Below are positions 15,205 through 28,152 of a DNA stretch of 64,000 bases, one piece after another. Position numbers and translations under genes: made by a program. The stretch is from the NCBI RefSeq assembly GCF_009914755.1, contig NC_060929.1; one strand, 5' to 3'. This stretch comes from the human T2T-CHM13v2.0 reference genome, Homo sapiens. The stretch's first letter is position 1; each line of letters starts with the position of its first letter. The notes beneath the pieces were generated by a model. That model searched no databases. It saw nothing but the letters and a program-made list of their open reading frames with translations, and had not been told where the DNA came from.

Positions 15205-16260
15205 GTGCCATGTATTTATAGGCACAAAAGAGGTTTTACATTAAAAAGTTAAGTCTCCTTTCTAACCCTTCTACTTTCCTTACTCAAACCTTTAGAGGTT
15301 GCCAGTGATACCATGGTCTTGGGTATCTTTCCGGATATATTCAGTGTACACATAGCCTGTACAGTTACATTTAAACATATGGTAGCATGCATATATTCAT
15401 ACTGTTCTGCGCTTTAAAAAATAACTTAATGGTCAGCCTTGGTCATTACTCAATATTTACAGAACTCATTCATTATTTTTGTGGTTACATACTATCCCAT
15501 TATTTGGACATAAAATAATTTATTTAGCCAATCCTCACTGATGGAAATTTAGGTTGTTTCCAACCTTATACTATTAAAATAATATGTTAATAATCATTTG
15601 TATGAATTTTATTTACTACATATGTGACTATATCCATAAGGTAAATTATTAGAAGTAACATTTCTGGATCCAAGGTGTGTGCATTTTAAATTTTGATAGT
15701 TTTTGCCAACCTGCTCTTCAGGGATCTTATGCTAATTTTAACTCCCCTGCCCCAGCAATGTATGAGAGTGCCTGCTTGTTTTATCCATGTCTTTGTCTAT
15801 ACATTCCCTTTCATACTTTTTGATCTTTGCCAATCTGATAGGTAAAAAATGTTATCACAGTTTTTAATTTGCATTTTTCTTATGGCTAACATTGAACATA
15901 TTTTTATCTACATGTATTTCCTCTTTAGTAAACTATCTGTGTATCCTTTGCTCATTTTCTTATTGGGCTATTGGACCCCTTCCTGTTGATTTGGTGGAAC
16001 TATTTATATTTTGAGGAAATTAAAGCTATTTTATATTGAAAAAATTAGTTCTTTTCTATGATATGAGCTACAAATGCTTTTTCACATTTTGATATGTCTT
16101 TTGACTTTATGGTGTTAAGAATTCGTTTGCATGCCGTAGAATTTACCAGTCTTTTATGACTTCTGGGTTTTTATCATATTAAAAAATATGTGTTCTCCTA
16201 TATTTTCATCTAGCATATTTGGGGTTTTTTTCTCATTTAAATATTTCTTATTTTGGTCTT
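15205..16260 (-). mobile_element. L1ME 3' region
   Basis: gatggaaatttaggttgtttccaa, cagcaatgtatgagagtgcc and tttaatttgcatttttctt motifs. Confidence 0.7.
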
Positions 16261-16758
16261 AGGTGAAGGGCATTCTATTTAGATAACTGGAAGAGTTTTG
16301 GCTGTGAGGAAGTATTCTCTTTATAATGAAAGTTGTTTGGGTTATAACAGCTGGACATTTCTTATTAATTATTCTTCTACAGTGACAGAGTGAAGCATCA
16401 TGCTTTGTGGTGAATGGACAGCAAGGAGACCTAATAGCTGAAGTGTAGTTGGACTTGGAGCAATTTTAAGTTACAAGACTACTGGCAGTTTCAGAGGGCC
16501 AGGTCAAGACTGGCCAAGTTGCCAGAAATTAGTTTTTCGGGCAGTAGTAAAGACCACTTCAAAGGCAGTCTCAGCATGGTCAAAGCTCCAAGAAGAGAGC
16601 ATTAACAGAGGTGATTTTAGCATTTGGAGAACTCCAGATGAGCTATGGTGTTCATGAAGATCTTGAGTTGTTTGTGGACTTCTCTCCTGAGGTAGCTGCA
16701 GATTACCTGATTGACTCTGTTCATTGAGTTCAAAAGAGGGTCTCCAAGGAATTGAGTG

Positions 16759-16895
16759 CAGTGGTTCTCAACTCTGGCTGCTGTGCTGGAATCTGCTAGG
16801 TAGATTCTGACTTAATTGGTCTGAGGTGAGACACCAGCAACAGTTTGAAAACTCCACAGGTGGTTCTAATGTGCAGCTTGGATTGAGAACCATTG
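16759..16895. mobile_element. MER5B-like hAT-Charlie MITE
   Basis: TIRs cagtggttctcaa ... ttgagaaccattg. Confidence 0.7.
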
Positions 16896-16947
16896 TTAAT
16901 GTAGTCAGTTTGCTGTCTCTTTGAGTCAGGGATTGCAGTACATGCCT

Positions 16948-17098
16948 CAGTGCTTCCAAAATGTGCATACATATCACCTGGGGATTATGTTTTAAATGCA
17001 GAATCAGGAGGTCTGGGGTGAGGCTTGAGATTCTGCCTGTCTGTCTTAATGAGCTCGCAGCTTATGCTGTGGCTGGTCCCCAGACCACACTTGAGTGG
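16948..17098. mobile_element. MER5A-like hAT-Charlie MITE
   Basis: atcacctgggga, ggtctggggtgaggcttgagattctgc and ggtccccagaccacactt motifs. Confidence 0.7.
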
Positions 17099-17209
17099 CT
17101 TGAGTTTGTTACTTGAAGTGCAAAGCACTGGCCCACACCAGTCCACGAGAGTCAATAAGCCATGGTCCTGCTCTCTTGCAGAATTTGCTTAGTGTACTAC
17201 AAAGAATAC

Positions 17210-17370
17210 TCAGGTCAAGAGATCCGCTTTCCACTTCCTGCTCTGCCTCCAACTAATTAGTGTAAGACAAGTTTCTTAGAAGTGCTTTAGTCCTTCACCC
17301 TCTTATCTCTAAAATGAGAGGCTTGAATTGGATAAACTTGAAGGTTCCCTTTGTTTTTAAATCCTCTCAT
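17210..17370 (+). mobile_element. MIR
   Basis: Core-like cctgctctgcctccaact ... atctctaaaatgagag. Confidence 0.5.
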
Positions 17371-18400
17371 GCTTGTCCAGGATGTTTTCAGACTCTTTCT
17401 GGATCAGGTTGTTATGTGGGATGGAATCTGGATCCTGTAAAGACCTTGTCATCCCTTAGAGGATGGAGGCCTAGGCCCTGAGCTTATGATCTAGTGGGAG
17501 AAATAAAACTAACAAATGTTAAAAAATTAAAGAAGAGTTAAATGTTCAAGTGTAAGCTATGATAAGTACAAAAAGAATGCAGGGAAGCTAGAGAGGAGTG
17601 TTAATTGGAATGGTCAGGAAAACTTCATTGCCAAGGGGGAATTTGAGTTGACATCGTTTTTTCCTGGGCTGGGTGGACTGCAGGGCTGACAAGAGTGGTG
17701 GTTCTCCTGCTTTTGAGTTTGCTTGTCTCTAAAAAAGCATCCTTCAACAGTGAAGCACAAAACATATTTTTCTGCCTTAAATTAAAACAAAGTAGAAGAA
17801 ACATCTAGTTCTGTGGAAGTCTTTAAAGGGAAATCAAAATCCAAAAAACTCTATATTTAATTTTTCAAGGCTAATCTTGACTGAGAAGATTGATACTGAA
17901 AAAAAATCACCACTACCAAATATAGAGCAAAAAACCCAGCGTACTTCCGTATCGATAATAAAAAAATGGTATTAGAAATTACCTAAAATGTAAGTAAATT
18001 CCTCAAATTATAAGTATTATTGAAAGTGACATATCTCTTTATCTTAACTAATTGGGAAAGAGACCAGATAATTTATTTAGATTTTATAACATAGGTGCAC
18101 ACGAATTTTTGACTCACCTCTTTTAATGTCAAAGGAGATGTATTTTGCATTGTTATTAGAATTTTACTAAATTTTATGTTCCCTTAAGAGGAGGTTATGT
18201 GACCAGGGCTCAGGTATTGAAAAATACAAAATAGAGCAGTTACCCTCATTTAATGAGCTATATTTAGTACACACAGTGTAGCTCCGTGTTCTCTGAATAT
18301 CCTGAGAGTTTTGGTTTTTATCTCTATGGCTAGATCATTTTGAAATTGCAGACTTTGGGTAATTTTTCTCTCAAACACATGCTATTATAGTTTTACCGTA

Positions 18401-18751
18401 TAGTCATGCTGCATAATGACATTTCGGTCAAGAACAGACCACATGTACAGTGTTCCCATGAGATTATAATACTGTATTTTTGCTGTACATTTTCTTTGTT
18501 TAGATATGCTTAGATACACAAATACTTACAAATTTTACACAAATTTTGTTACAATTGCCTGCAATTAATACAGTAACATGCTGTACAGGTTTGCAGCCTA
18601 GGAGCAAGCAACTATGTCTATAGCCTACGTATGTAGGAGGCCATACCATTTGGGTTTGTGTAAGCACAGTCTATGATGTTTGTACAATGACAGAATAGCC
18701 CAATGACGTGTTTCTCAGAAGGTATTCCTGCCGTTAAGTGATGCATGACTG
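18401..18751 (+). mobile_element. Tigger3a (MER7A) TcMar element
   Basis: TIRs tagtcatgc ... gcatgactg with TA duplications at 18399-18400 and 18752-18753. Confidence 0.88.
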
Positions 18752-18869
18752 TATATGGTAAATCTTTTATATAATCAACTATTGATTATCTATCTCAAGA
18801 TTGACAATACAATAGAAATCTTCTATTTTTAAACTAATAAACACAAATTTATGTTACTTAATAGCAAAA

Positions 18870-19520
18870 TTATTTTGGTTGCAAGTGACAGAAAACCCAA
18901 CCCATTGGGTGAAGCAAAGAAGGGACTTTTTGGGGCCATGTAATTGAAAAATCTGAGATAGAACTAGTTTCAGATATGGTTGGTGTAAATAATGTAGTCA
19001 GAATGTGGTTTCTCTGTATCTCATGGTCTTGCTTTCCTCTGAGTTGCAGAGCCAACTTCGTTTAATTACATGATGGCTGCCAGGTTTTTTTTTTTTTTTT
19101 TTTTTGTGGTCTGTCTGGCTCAAACCTAGTGGAGAAGAGAACAGCCACCTTTCCCAACCCCCCAAAACCAAATCCTGAATTTCATCCCATTGGCTGTGAT
19201 GTAGATCATTTGTCCTCCAGAGTCTCTGGGGCCGGCAGTACTGATGGGCAGGATCAGAGATCTGTGTCTATCCCTGGAGCTGTAATCATTTGTCCTCCAG
19301 AGTCTCTGGGGCCGGCAGTACTGATGGGCAGGATCAGAGATCTGTGTCTATCCCTGGAGCTGTAATTAGTGTAACAGTAGCCAATGCTCCTCTAAGGAAC
19401 CATTCCCTTCTCAATCAGGAGAATTGAGGAGCAATTGTTCCTTAGAGGAGCAATGACTACTGCTCCAAAAGAAGGAAGAATGGATGTTTGATGTGAAACA
19501 GTGGCAATGACAACAGTCAT
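18870..19520 (-). mobile_element. Old MLT1 LTR (MLT1J/L-like)
   Basis: ggttgcaagtgacagaaaacccaa start motif; contains the 80-bp duplication. Confidence 0.55.
19205..19366. repeat. Perfect 80-bp tandem duplication
   Basis: 19205-19284 is identical to 19285-19364, plus 2 nt (AT) of junction microhomology. Confidence 0.97.
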
Positions 19521-19724
19521 TACATATATCTTTCTCAGTTTAAGCCAATGTTAAATTTACATTTTTCTAAATACGAAGGTTTCAATGGTAGAAGACCATT
19601 ACAGGATCTGCTTTGTGGTCAGATAGTGTAGAGCTGGAATTTAAAACAGTAATTCCATCTACAAAATGGATATCCTTAATGAAATAATTAAAAATGACAG
19701 TATTGGATATCTGATGGCCTACTT

Positions 19725-19830
19725 TCCAGGCAGGAATGATATTAAAAATATTTAGCAACCTGTGACAGAGGCATCAACCAATCAGAATGAGTTGGATCTA
19801 ACCAATCAACAACTAACCAGTGCAGCCCCC
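19725..19830. mobile_element. MER81-like hAT element
   Basis: attaaaaatatttagcaacc ... accaatcagaa motif. Confidence 0.45.
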
Positions 19831-19914
19831 TGAGTGAGAGCTGGCTGTTTGTCAGCACAACTTACTGGGAGGCATTCTTAAGGTGCTGTCAAGTGTCTTA
19901 AAAAATAGAGTTAC

Positions 19915-20207
19915 TGTATTAGTTTCCTAGGAATGTTATAACAAGGAACCACAAACTGGGTGACTTAAAGTAACAGAAATTTATTCTCTCACAGTTCTGG
20001 AGGTTAGAAGTCTGAAATCAAGATGTTGGCAGGGTCCTGCTCCCACCAGAGGCTTTAGGGAAGGACCATTCCTTACTGCTTCTAGCTTCCAGTGGCTGAT
20101 GGCAATCTTTAGCTCCTAGATGCACCGCTCCAGTCTTCATCTTCACATGGCTTTCTTCCCTGTTTGTGTCACTGCATCCAAATTTCCCTCTTCTTATAGG
20201 AAGATTA
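19915..20207 (-). mobile_element. MLT1B/C LTR, partial
   Basis: tgtattagtttcctagg ... cagaaatttattctctcacagttctggagg. Confidence 0.8.
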
Positions 20208-20399
20208 ACCCCTTAGTCCTTATTATTTTAATTCTATTAAAATGTAAATGTTGGTATGACAATGTGGTGGGGAATTAATATTTATTGGCATGTATGTTTG
20301 TTCTTGGGGAGGTATTATATTCTTACACATGACTTTATTGAATTCAAAAAAGTGTTACCTTAAAAAAATGGAACTGGCCACAATTAGATGAACATCATT

Positions 20400-20790
20400 C
20401 ATTAGTGTATTTAAGAGCAAGTACAAGAAACAGGAGACAAATACTGGTAAAGGGCTCAGAAACCATATTTTGTAAGGAGTATTTGCAAATGGTGGTCATT
20501 TCTTCAGCGCTTGGAAGAACAGCTGTGTGGAAAAGGGATTAGACTTCAGAGGGCAGAACTAAGTAAGTTAAAGGATGTGAAATACAGGACAAAACTTTCT
20601 TAATGTACAATGCACTAAAATGGAAATGACCGCTGTGTAAGGGAGTAACAAGGGCCAGTTCCTGGAGGTACTCAGGCAGTTGCTGAGATGCATAAGTACC
20701 TTTCTGGGACATTTTCATAGAGATCTTGCCTTGAGAAAGAAATTGAAATGGAAGCTTTCTTGCAGCTTCAAGATCTATTTCAAGTCCTAA
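20400..20790 (+). mobile_element. L3/CR1 fragment
   Basis: ggaaaagggattagactt, gagggcagaact and cctggaggtactcaggcag motifs. Confidence 0.45.
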
Positions 20791-21150
20791 AATTGTTCTC
20801 TATGTGTATGCCATGAAAATCAATATTAATTATGTGACAAGCTATTTCTATAAGCTTAAGTTTTGTTCTGTGATCTTGGTGCTATGGACTAGTCAGGAAA
20901 AAAGGGAAAGGTTTAATCTAGGAGGGTGGAAACATCATTAATAAATAAGAGAGGTAGGAGAATAAAACTTGCATTTATTGAGTACTTACTACGTACAGGG
21001 TGTTGGACTAGTCTCTTTATCCATATAGTCTCATTTAGTACATTTAGTTTTTCACTGATCAGTTTGGAACTTATGGGAAGTGGTTCTTAAAATGATGAAT
21101 TCTTAAAATAATTGGCATTTTCTTATATATTTTTTGGTGATGAAACACAG

Positions 21151-21258
21151 GACTGTTCTGATGGCTACATGTGCAAAATACACTTTCAAATTAAGAATGG
21201 GTCTGTGATGTCACATCTAGGAGCATCTACCCATGGACAGACATGTCTTCCCATGGAG
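21151..21258 (+). CDS. ATG10: ATG10 (autophagy E2-like enzyme) internal coding exon, codons 37-72
   Basis: Acceptor cag at 21148-21150, donor GAG|gtgagt at 21259; 108 bp open in phase 0 encoding DCSDGYMCKIHFQIKNGSVMSHLGASTHGQTCLPME, matching my recollection of human ATG10 between ...WEWRPSK and EAFELPLDD.... Confidence 0.96.
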
Positions 21259-21321
21259 GTGAGTAGTTTAATGCATCATGTTCTTTTCAGTCTCCGTAAA
21301 GTATACATTTAAAAATGTATA

Positions 21322-21396
21322 CTTTAATGACTCCATCGCATTCCATCCTATGGAAGCACCACAATTATATGGCACTCATATTGAAATAAAATACTT
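21322..21396 (+). repeat. Dispersed copy (about 75 bp) of 22138-22210
   Basis: Aligns by eye with 2 substitutions and one 2-nt indel. Confidence 0.93.
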
Positions 21397-21899
21397 TAAT
21401 TCTGTTAAGTAAATATTTTAAAAACTTCAAACTTCTTCCCACTGGAGAGAGATCCAATTGCCATTGGATCCTGGGCCTGTTGTAGGGGGAGAAGGAGGTA
21501 TTTTCCTTTGTAATACTGAAAGCAAGAATTGTGGTAAAGTTATATAAGATCCACTCTGACTCCAGATTGTAGTGAGCCGTCATACTTTTGGTTTCTCTTG
21601 GACCTGAATACCACAGATGCCTTCTGTTGTCTATTGATTTTTTTTTCCAAGTAAAATTCCCTGAATATAGCCCTAGCCCCAGGCTGCTTAATACTTGATT
21701 GGAGACCTCTTTGCCTGCTCTGCCTTTAGCCCCTTTTCCCTTGAAAATATGCTGGATCTGGGTCTTATTCCTTAGGGGACTTTAACCTTGACTTGAAAAT
21801 CTTGCTGAACCAAATTTTATTATGGTACTAATGACTGAGTGGTTTTCTGAGATATTTTCATTTTTCTTTTTATCGAAATGCAAATAGCCTTATTGTATT

Positions 21900-22185
21900 T
21901 CTTGTGAAAAAAATTGTATATACCCATTGTAAAAATAAATAATAGAGAAATATATAAAAAGGATTTAAAAATATCCCATATGTCCTTCAGTAGTTTACCA
22001 CTGGTAACATTTTAGTAAGTATCCTTTCACATATTTCTATCATATACACACACACACACACTTTTTTTTTTTTTTGCAATGAACAAGTATATCATGGACA
22101 TCTTTCCATGTCAGTAAATGCAGATTTCCATAGTTCTCTTTAATGCCTCCATTGCATTCCATCCTATGGAAGCACCACAATTATA
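21900..22185 (-). mobile_element. L1ME 3' end fragment
   Basis: atatcatggacatctttccatgtcagtaaat ... cattccatcctatgga motif; includes a short (CA)n/poly(T). Confidence 0.55.
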
Positions 22186-23224
22186 TGGCACTCATTGAAA
22201 TAAAATACTTGAATTTTGAAAGAGGATTGGTGAGGACCTAATTATTTCAGCACAAAAGAAGAAATCACTAGTGTTTGAATTCTGAGCATCCTGGGGAAAT
22301 GAAAGAGGTGACTTTTTTTGTGTGTGTGCAGGAAGAACTGTTTCTCAGAACATGTTAAATCAGGCCCATTTGCCAATCAGACATCAGCCCCCTTGCCTGT
22401 ATATGATGCTGGCCTGCAAGTAACTTTCACCTATTTATAATTAGGTTTGCAAGTTATTCTTGAGAGTATTGTGCTTGGTAATAAGCTAAGTGCCCCCAGA
22501 TGGGTGCTTGAATCTTGATTACTGCTTCATGGTTCCAATAACCAACATCAAATTTGAAGCCAAGCATATTAGGAAGCTTTTCAATTCATTATATATTAAC
22601 TTAAAAAAAGTTTTAAAAATTAACATAGAAATGGTGATTTTAAAAATGAATTACTAGTTTTTGCCTAACAAGTTGGCAGAGATTTGAAAAGCACTAAAAA
22701 GTGGTGTTGACAGTGTGAGGGAACTGACACTTTCTGGTTGATGTTTTAACTTCACAAAGTTTAAAGATGTGCACATACTATGAATAATCTAGTCCAATTC
22801 TAGGAATTTAGCCTCATAAAATATAATTTTTTTCAACATTTTTCATTTCCAACATTTTCCAATAAATTTGAAACATATGGAAAAATTGAAAGAATTTTGC
22901 AGTGAATATCTATATACTTACCACCTAAAGTCTACCATTAACATTTTGCTGTGCTTGCTTTATTATATGTTGATCCCTCTGTCTATTAATACATCTTATT
23001 TTTTGATGCAATAATTTTAATAAAAGTAAATTGCACACAAATACTCATAAAATATTTGAGTACACAAAGATTTACCTGCAAGTATATGAGCCCTTATTTA
23101 TAATAGGAAAAATGAAAACAATGGAAATATACAATAGTAATGGATTGGTTAATTATGGCACATCTCTAGATGGATACAGTCATTAGAAATGATATTCTAG
23201 GTGACTGTTTAATTACGCAGGTTA

Positions 23225-23521
<297 letters not shown>

Positions 23522-24308
23522 GTTCATGTTAAGTGAAAAAAAGGTAGATTATGTGGTATAAACAATAGAATCCGAGTATGGTTAACATTCTTCAAACTAC
23601 ATTGACTATTACAATTTTAAATTATGATTCTTTTTAAAATTTATCTCTTCAAAGAGTGAAACCTATAACTCTTTTCTCTCACTCCCTTGAAATCCCTAAG
23701 GTTATTTTTGCTTGGTCCAGTGATTTCATTTGGAGTCACTATCCATCCTTGTAAGCTTCCATTACTGCTGTAGCTCTGGTAGGCATCCTTCTCTTTTTTT
23801 CCCAGGTAAGAGCAGAAGATTTTAACAGCAGAAGTTTAGAACAAGACAGCCCAGTACCCCATCTTTGTGTGTCTCCCAGCTTCCCCACCTCTCTATAGCA
23901 GAAACAGTAATTGGAAGATTACATATACATATACAAACATGTAATATTCACATAAGGCCTAGAAATAATTTCCCCCCTTCCAATCACATAAGATTTTCTT
24001 AGAATGTTTTTTTTTTTCTTTTTCTTTACATTTATTCTTACTCTTTCTCTTCAGGAATTTGCTTTAAAAGTATATGTCCTTTATCTCTCCTTCTTGGTAC
24101 TCCTCAGACTTATGCTTAGTGTTTTAAAAGCCAGATTGCTTCCTTAGACTGTAAACCCCATGGAGGTAAGATGACTCAATGAGTATCTGTTATTTGACTA
24201 AACCTTCAGGTTTAATTACCCATAGAACTAGCTCACTTAACAAATCAGATGCCTCTGTATTTTGATATAAACTGGATAATCTAGTGAATTACTTAGAATT
24301 GATTAATT

Positions 24309-24475
24309 ATATGTGTATTATACATATATACTACATATACATAATGTATTATATATAATATATGTAATATAGTATATTATAAAAAAGTATGGGTGTATGT
24401 GTATATATGTGTATATACATATATATACATGTACACATATATATATATACGTATACATACATATACACACATACC
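24309..24475. repeat. (TA)/(TG)/(CA) low-complexity microsatellite
   Basis: Alternating purine-pyrimidine tract next to an Alu tail. Confidence 0.85.
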
Positions 24476-24787
24476 TTTTTTTTTTTTTTTTTTTTTTTTT
24501 ACAGGCAGGGTCTTGCTCTGTCTCGCAGGCTGGAGTGCAGTGGCACAGTCAGTCATAGCTCACTGAATCATCTAATTCCTGGGCTCAAGTGATCCTCTCA
24601 CCTCTGCCTCCCAAGTAGCTGGGACTGCAGGCATGCACCACCATGCCTAGCTGATTTAAGAATTTTTTTAGAGATGTGGATCTTGCTCTGTTGCCCGGGC
24701 TTGTCTCAAAGTCCTGGCCTCAAGTGTTCCTCTCTCCTCAGCTTCCCAAAGTGCTGAGATTACAGGCATGAGCCACTGTGTCCAGGC
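24476..24787 (-). mobile_element. AluJ
   Basis: Poly(T) followed by antisense Alu with J motifs (catagctcactg, cctgggctcaagtgatcc). Confidence 0.9.
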
Positions 24788-25694
24788 TGAATTCTAAAAG
24801 AGTTTATTTTCTACTAGAATAACATATTTTTTTTCAACAATCAATTTACATAGAAAAATCAACAATGTTTAAAAAGAGAGGTTTGCAGGGAGTTTTTAGT
24901 AGTTTGTGTTTCTGAGTTGTCACGGGAATGGAATCGGATGATAAACCCTTCATCTTCCAGTCAACTCCAGTGTTTTATTTTTAATATTTGGCAACTCATA
25001 GTAAATTTAGGCTGCCTAATTTACTCAGATTATAACAACAGCACAAGTAGAAGAAAGAGTGCTAGACTTGGAGATAGAAATTGTTTTGTAGTTCTCTTCG
25101 CCATTTACTAGTATTGTAACCTTGAGTAAACTTCAGTGTTCTCATTCAAACTGTGGGCCCTTCTTACTTCCTGTTTTGGTTGGATATAACAAGCGTACAG
25201 TGCTATTATTAATACTAATAATGTCACACTTATAATTATCTTTTTATGGTTATCTCATAATTATGCAAGAAGAAGCAGGATGTGAATGGAGAAACATGAA
25301 GGAGCAGGAAGAGAGCAGAGAATGTAACACTTCCTTTCTTTCCATATTCTATTCTTACCTTTAGACGTTGGGAATAATGAGTAGCCTCCAAGTTGGAAAC
25401 TAACCCTTATTCAGCCACCACCACCAGTTATCTCAGAGAGTGGTACAGAGACAAGTGAGAGTGACTCTCACTAAAAAACAGTGGTAGACTAATTAGAGCA
25501 TTTAAAGCATTCCATTTGAACTACATATATAATGTCTTACTTTCCTAGATCAACATTAGACAGAGATGTATTTTCCTCTTAAGTTCTCTCTTTCTTCATC
25601 ATAGATTTGTTTATAACTTTTATTTAGTCAATAGTATAATTAGAGGTATGGCAATTTGAATTTTTTTAGTTTTTCATTTTAAAATACCTCAGAT

Positions 25695-26006
25695 GGCCAG
25701 GTATGGTGGCTCACACCTGTAATCCCAGTGCTTCGTTATGCCAAGAGGGGAGGATTGCTTGAGGCCAGGAGTTTGAGATCAGCCTGGACAGTATAGTGAG
25801 ACTCCATCACTACAAAAACAAGAAAAATTAGTTGGGCCTGGTGGCATGCACCTGTAGTCCTAGCTACTCTGGAGGCTGGGACAGACGGATTGCATAAGCC
25901 TGGGTGTTTGAGGTTACAGTGAGCTATGATCACAGCACTGCGCTCTATCTAATATGGGCAACAGAACAAGACTCTGTCTCAAAATAAAAACAAAAAAACC
26001 AAAAAC
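25695..26006 (+). mobile_element. AluJ
   Basis: J motifs; TSD AAAATACCTCAGA at 25681-25693 and 26007-26019. Confidence 0.9.
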
Positions 26007-26152
26007 AAAATACCTCAGAATTAATGTTTTATCTTAATAGATAGTACATTTGTGATACCAGTAGAAGATACTATGACAATTTAAGTGGAATGTAATTAGA
26101 TAAGGAACAGCCATCTACTGTTTGTTTAAAAAATGCAATGAACTGCTAACAA

Positions 26153-26450
<298 letters not shown>

Positions 26451-26469
26451 GAACTGCTAACATTTTAAA

Positions 26470-26645
26470 AACTGAGACCTATCAGAGGGTAGAGGGTCAA
26501 AAGAGGGAGAGGATCAAGAAAAATAACTAATGGGTAATAGGCTTAATGTCTGGGTGATGAAATAATCTGCACAACAGACTCCCATGACACAAATTTACCT
26601 GTGTAACAAACTGAACATGTACCCTGAACTGAAAAGTTAAAAAAA
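26470..26645 (+). mobile_element. Old L1PA (PA13-16-like) 3' end
   Basis: aaaaataactaatgggta ... gggtgatgaaataatctg ... gtaacaaactgaacatgtaccctgaact. Confidence 0.75.
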
Positions 26646-27474
26646 TTGAATAAGCAAATTTCATGAAAGGGATTGATTGTGCTCATGATAGATGAACTCA
26701 AAGAATAATCCTAATTTGTACAAATTATCAAATTTAGCTGTAAGTGATTTTACAGACTAGATTATCTATCATGAAAAATTATTGGTAGTTTTGTGATAAT
26801 TAATAAGTTTTATAATCTTGTAAGCAACTGCATAAAACAACATTATTTTTCATTTCAACCATCGCTGATCAAAAGATACTTCAACTCTGCACTGAAGAGT
26901 GATAAATTCTTATTTTACTATGGTCCTTGGGATTCCAAAACAGGGTTTAGGTAAAATACATCATCTTTTGATCCTAAATATATGATGATCAAAAGTCTAA
27001 ATTTTTTTTTTTTTACATTTTTCTTCTAAATTAGTTGTATTTGTAGATAGTTGAACAACCATACCAAAGATATGTAGATATGTGAATGGATATCAAACTT
27101 GAGGGAAGGGTTTTTGTGGAGTTAGAGAGTACTATTTGCTTAGCTCCCGATGTTTTTATTGGATGAAATATTAGATTAATTTTTTTTATCAATGACTTTA
27201 ACAGGTTCTCTTTCAACACACATTTATGCCAGCATTAATGCCTTCATGTATTAACATTTTAATTCCCCCAAAATAATACTTATCATGGTCAATTACTTCT
27301 ATTACATACCAGTTCATCTTACTAGTTGCTTTATTATCTTATTTAATCTTCAGAAAACTCTTATGACAATAGATATTAATATTAATATGGCAAATAAATG
27401 GATAAGATTAGTGAAGGTGGATAAAAACAGTTATAATAATAATAACAATAACAATATTATAATAAAGACAGCAG

Positions 27475-27645
27475 CCTAAGTTTATGGAGGACTAACTATA
27501 GGTACTGCACTAAGTGATTTGCATATATTAATTCATTTCAACTCATGATATTGATATCTTTATTCTCTTCACTTTATTATGAGGAAACTGAGACATGACA
27601 CAAAGGTTAAACTTGCCTAAGGACAATAGCTAGGAAGTGATTATG
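27475..27645 (-). mobile_element. MIR
   Basis: atgaggaaactgagac ... aaggttaaacttgcctaagg. Confidence 0.65.
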
Positions 27646-27860
27646 TTCTGGCTTTTGTTAAGTTCTGGCTTTGGGAAACAGTAGTTCTTAAAAGTTAGTC
27701 ATATTAATTAAGACATTTATTGAGAGTAGGTAGTATGATTTTGCATGTGACATTTCTGAATTTGTGAGATGAAAGTGAGATGCAGTTTTTGAACAAGATA
27801 TTTTCTTTACCAGTGACCAACAGAAGTATGTTGCATCAATTTAAAATCCTCTAAATATAG

Positions 27861-28152
27861 GGCCGGGCGCAGTGACTCACGCCTGTAATCCCAGCACTTT
27901 GGGAGGCCGAGTCGGGGCGGATCACTTGAGGCTGTGAGTTTGAGACCAGCCTGGCCAACATGGTGAAACACCATCTCTACTAAAAAAATACAAAAATTAG
28001 CTGGGCGTGGTGGCAGGTGCCTGTAATCCTAGGGAGGCTGAGGCAGGAGAATTGCTTGAACCCAGGAGGCGGAGGTTGTAGTGAGCCGAGATTGCACCAC
28101 TGCACTCCAGCCTGGGCGAGAGAGCAAGACATTGTCTCAAAAAAAAAAAAAA
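27861..28152 (+). mobile_element. AluS (Sz/Sx-like)
   Basis: Dimeric Alu with a small internal deletion, poly(A) and an imperfect TSD aaaatcct(ct/aa)aaatata. Confidence 0.92.

Noticed and set aside
19205-19366. CRISPR-like or functional repeat array
   Set aside because: Two abutting copies with no spacers, in a human intron.
21112-21312. 66-aa ORF as a single-exon gene
   Set aside because: Only 21151-21258 is exonic; the flanks are intron read-through from a TTG start.
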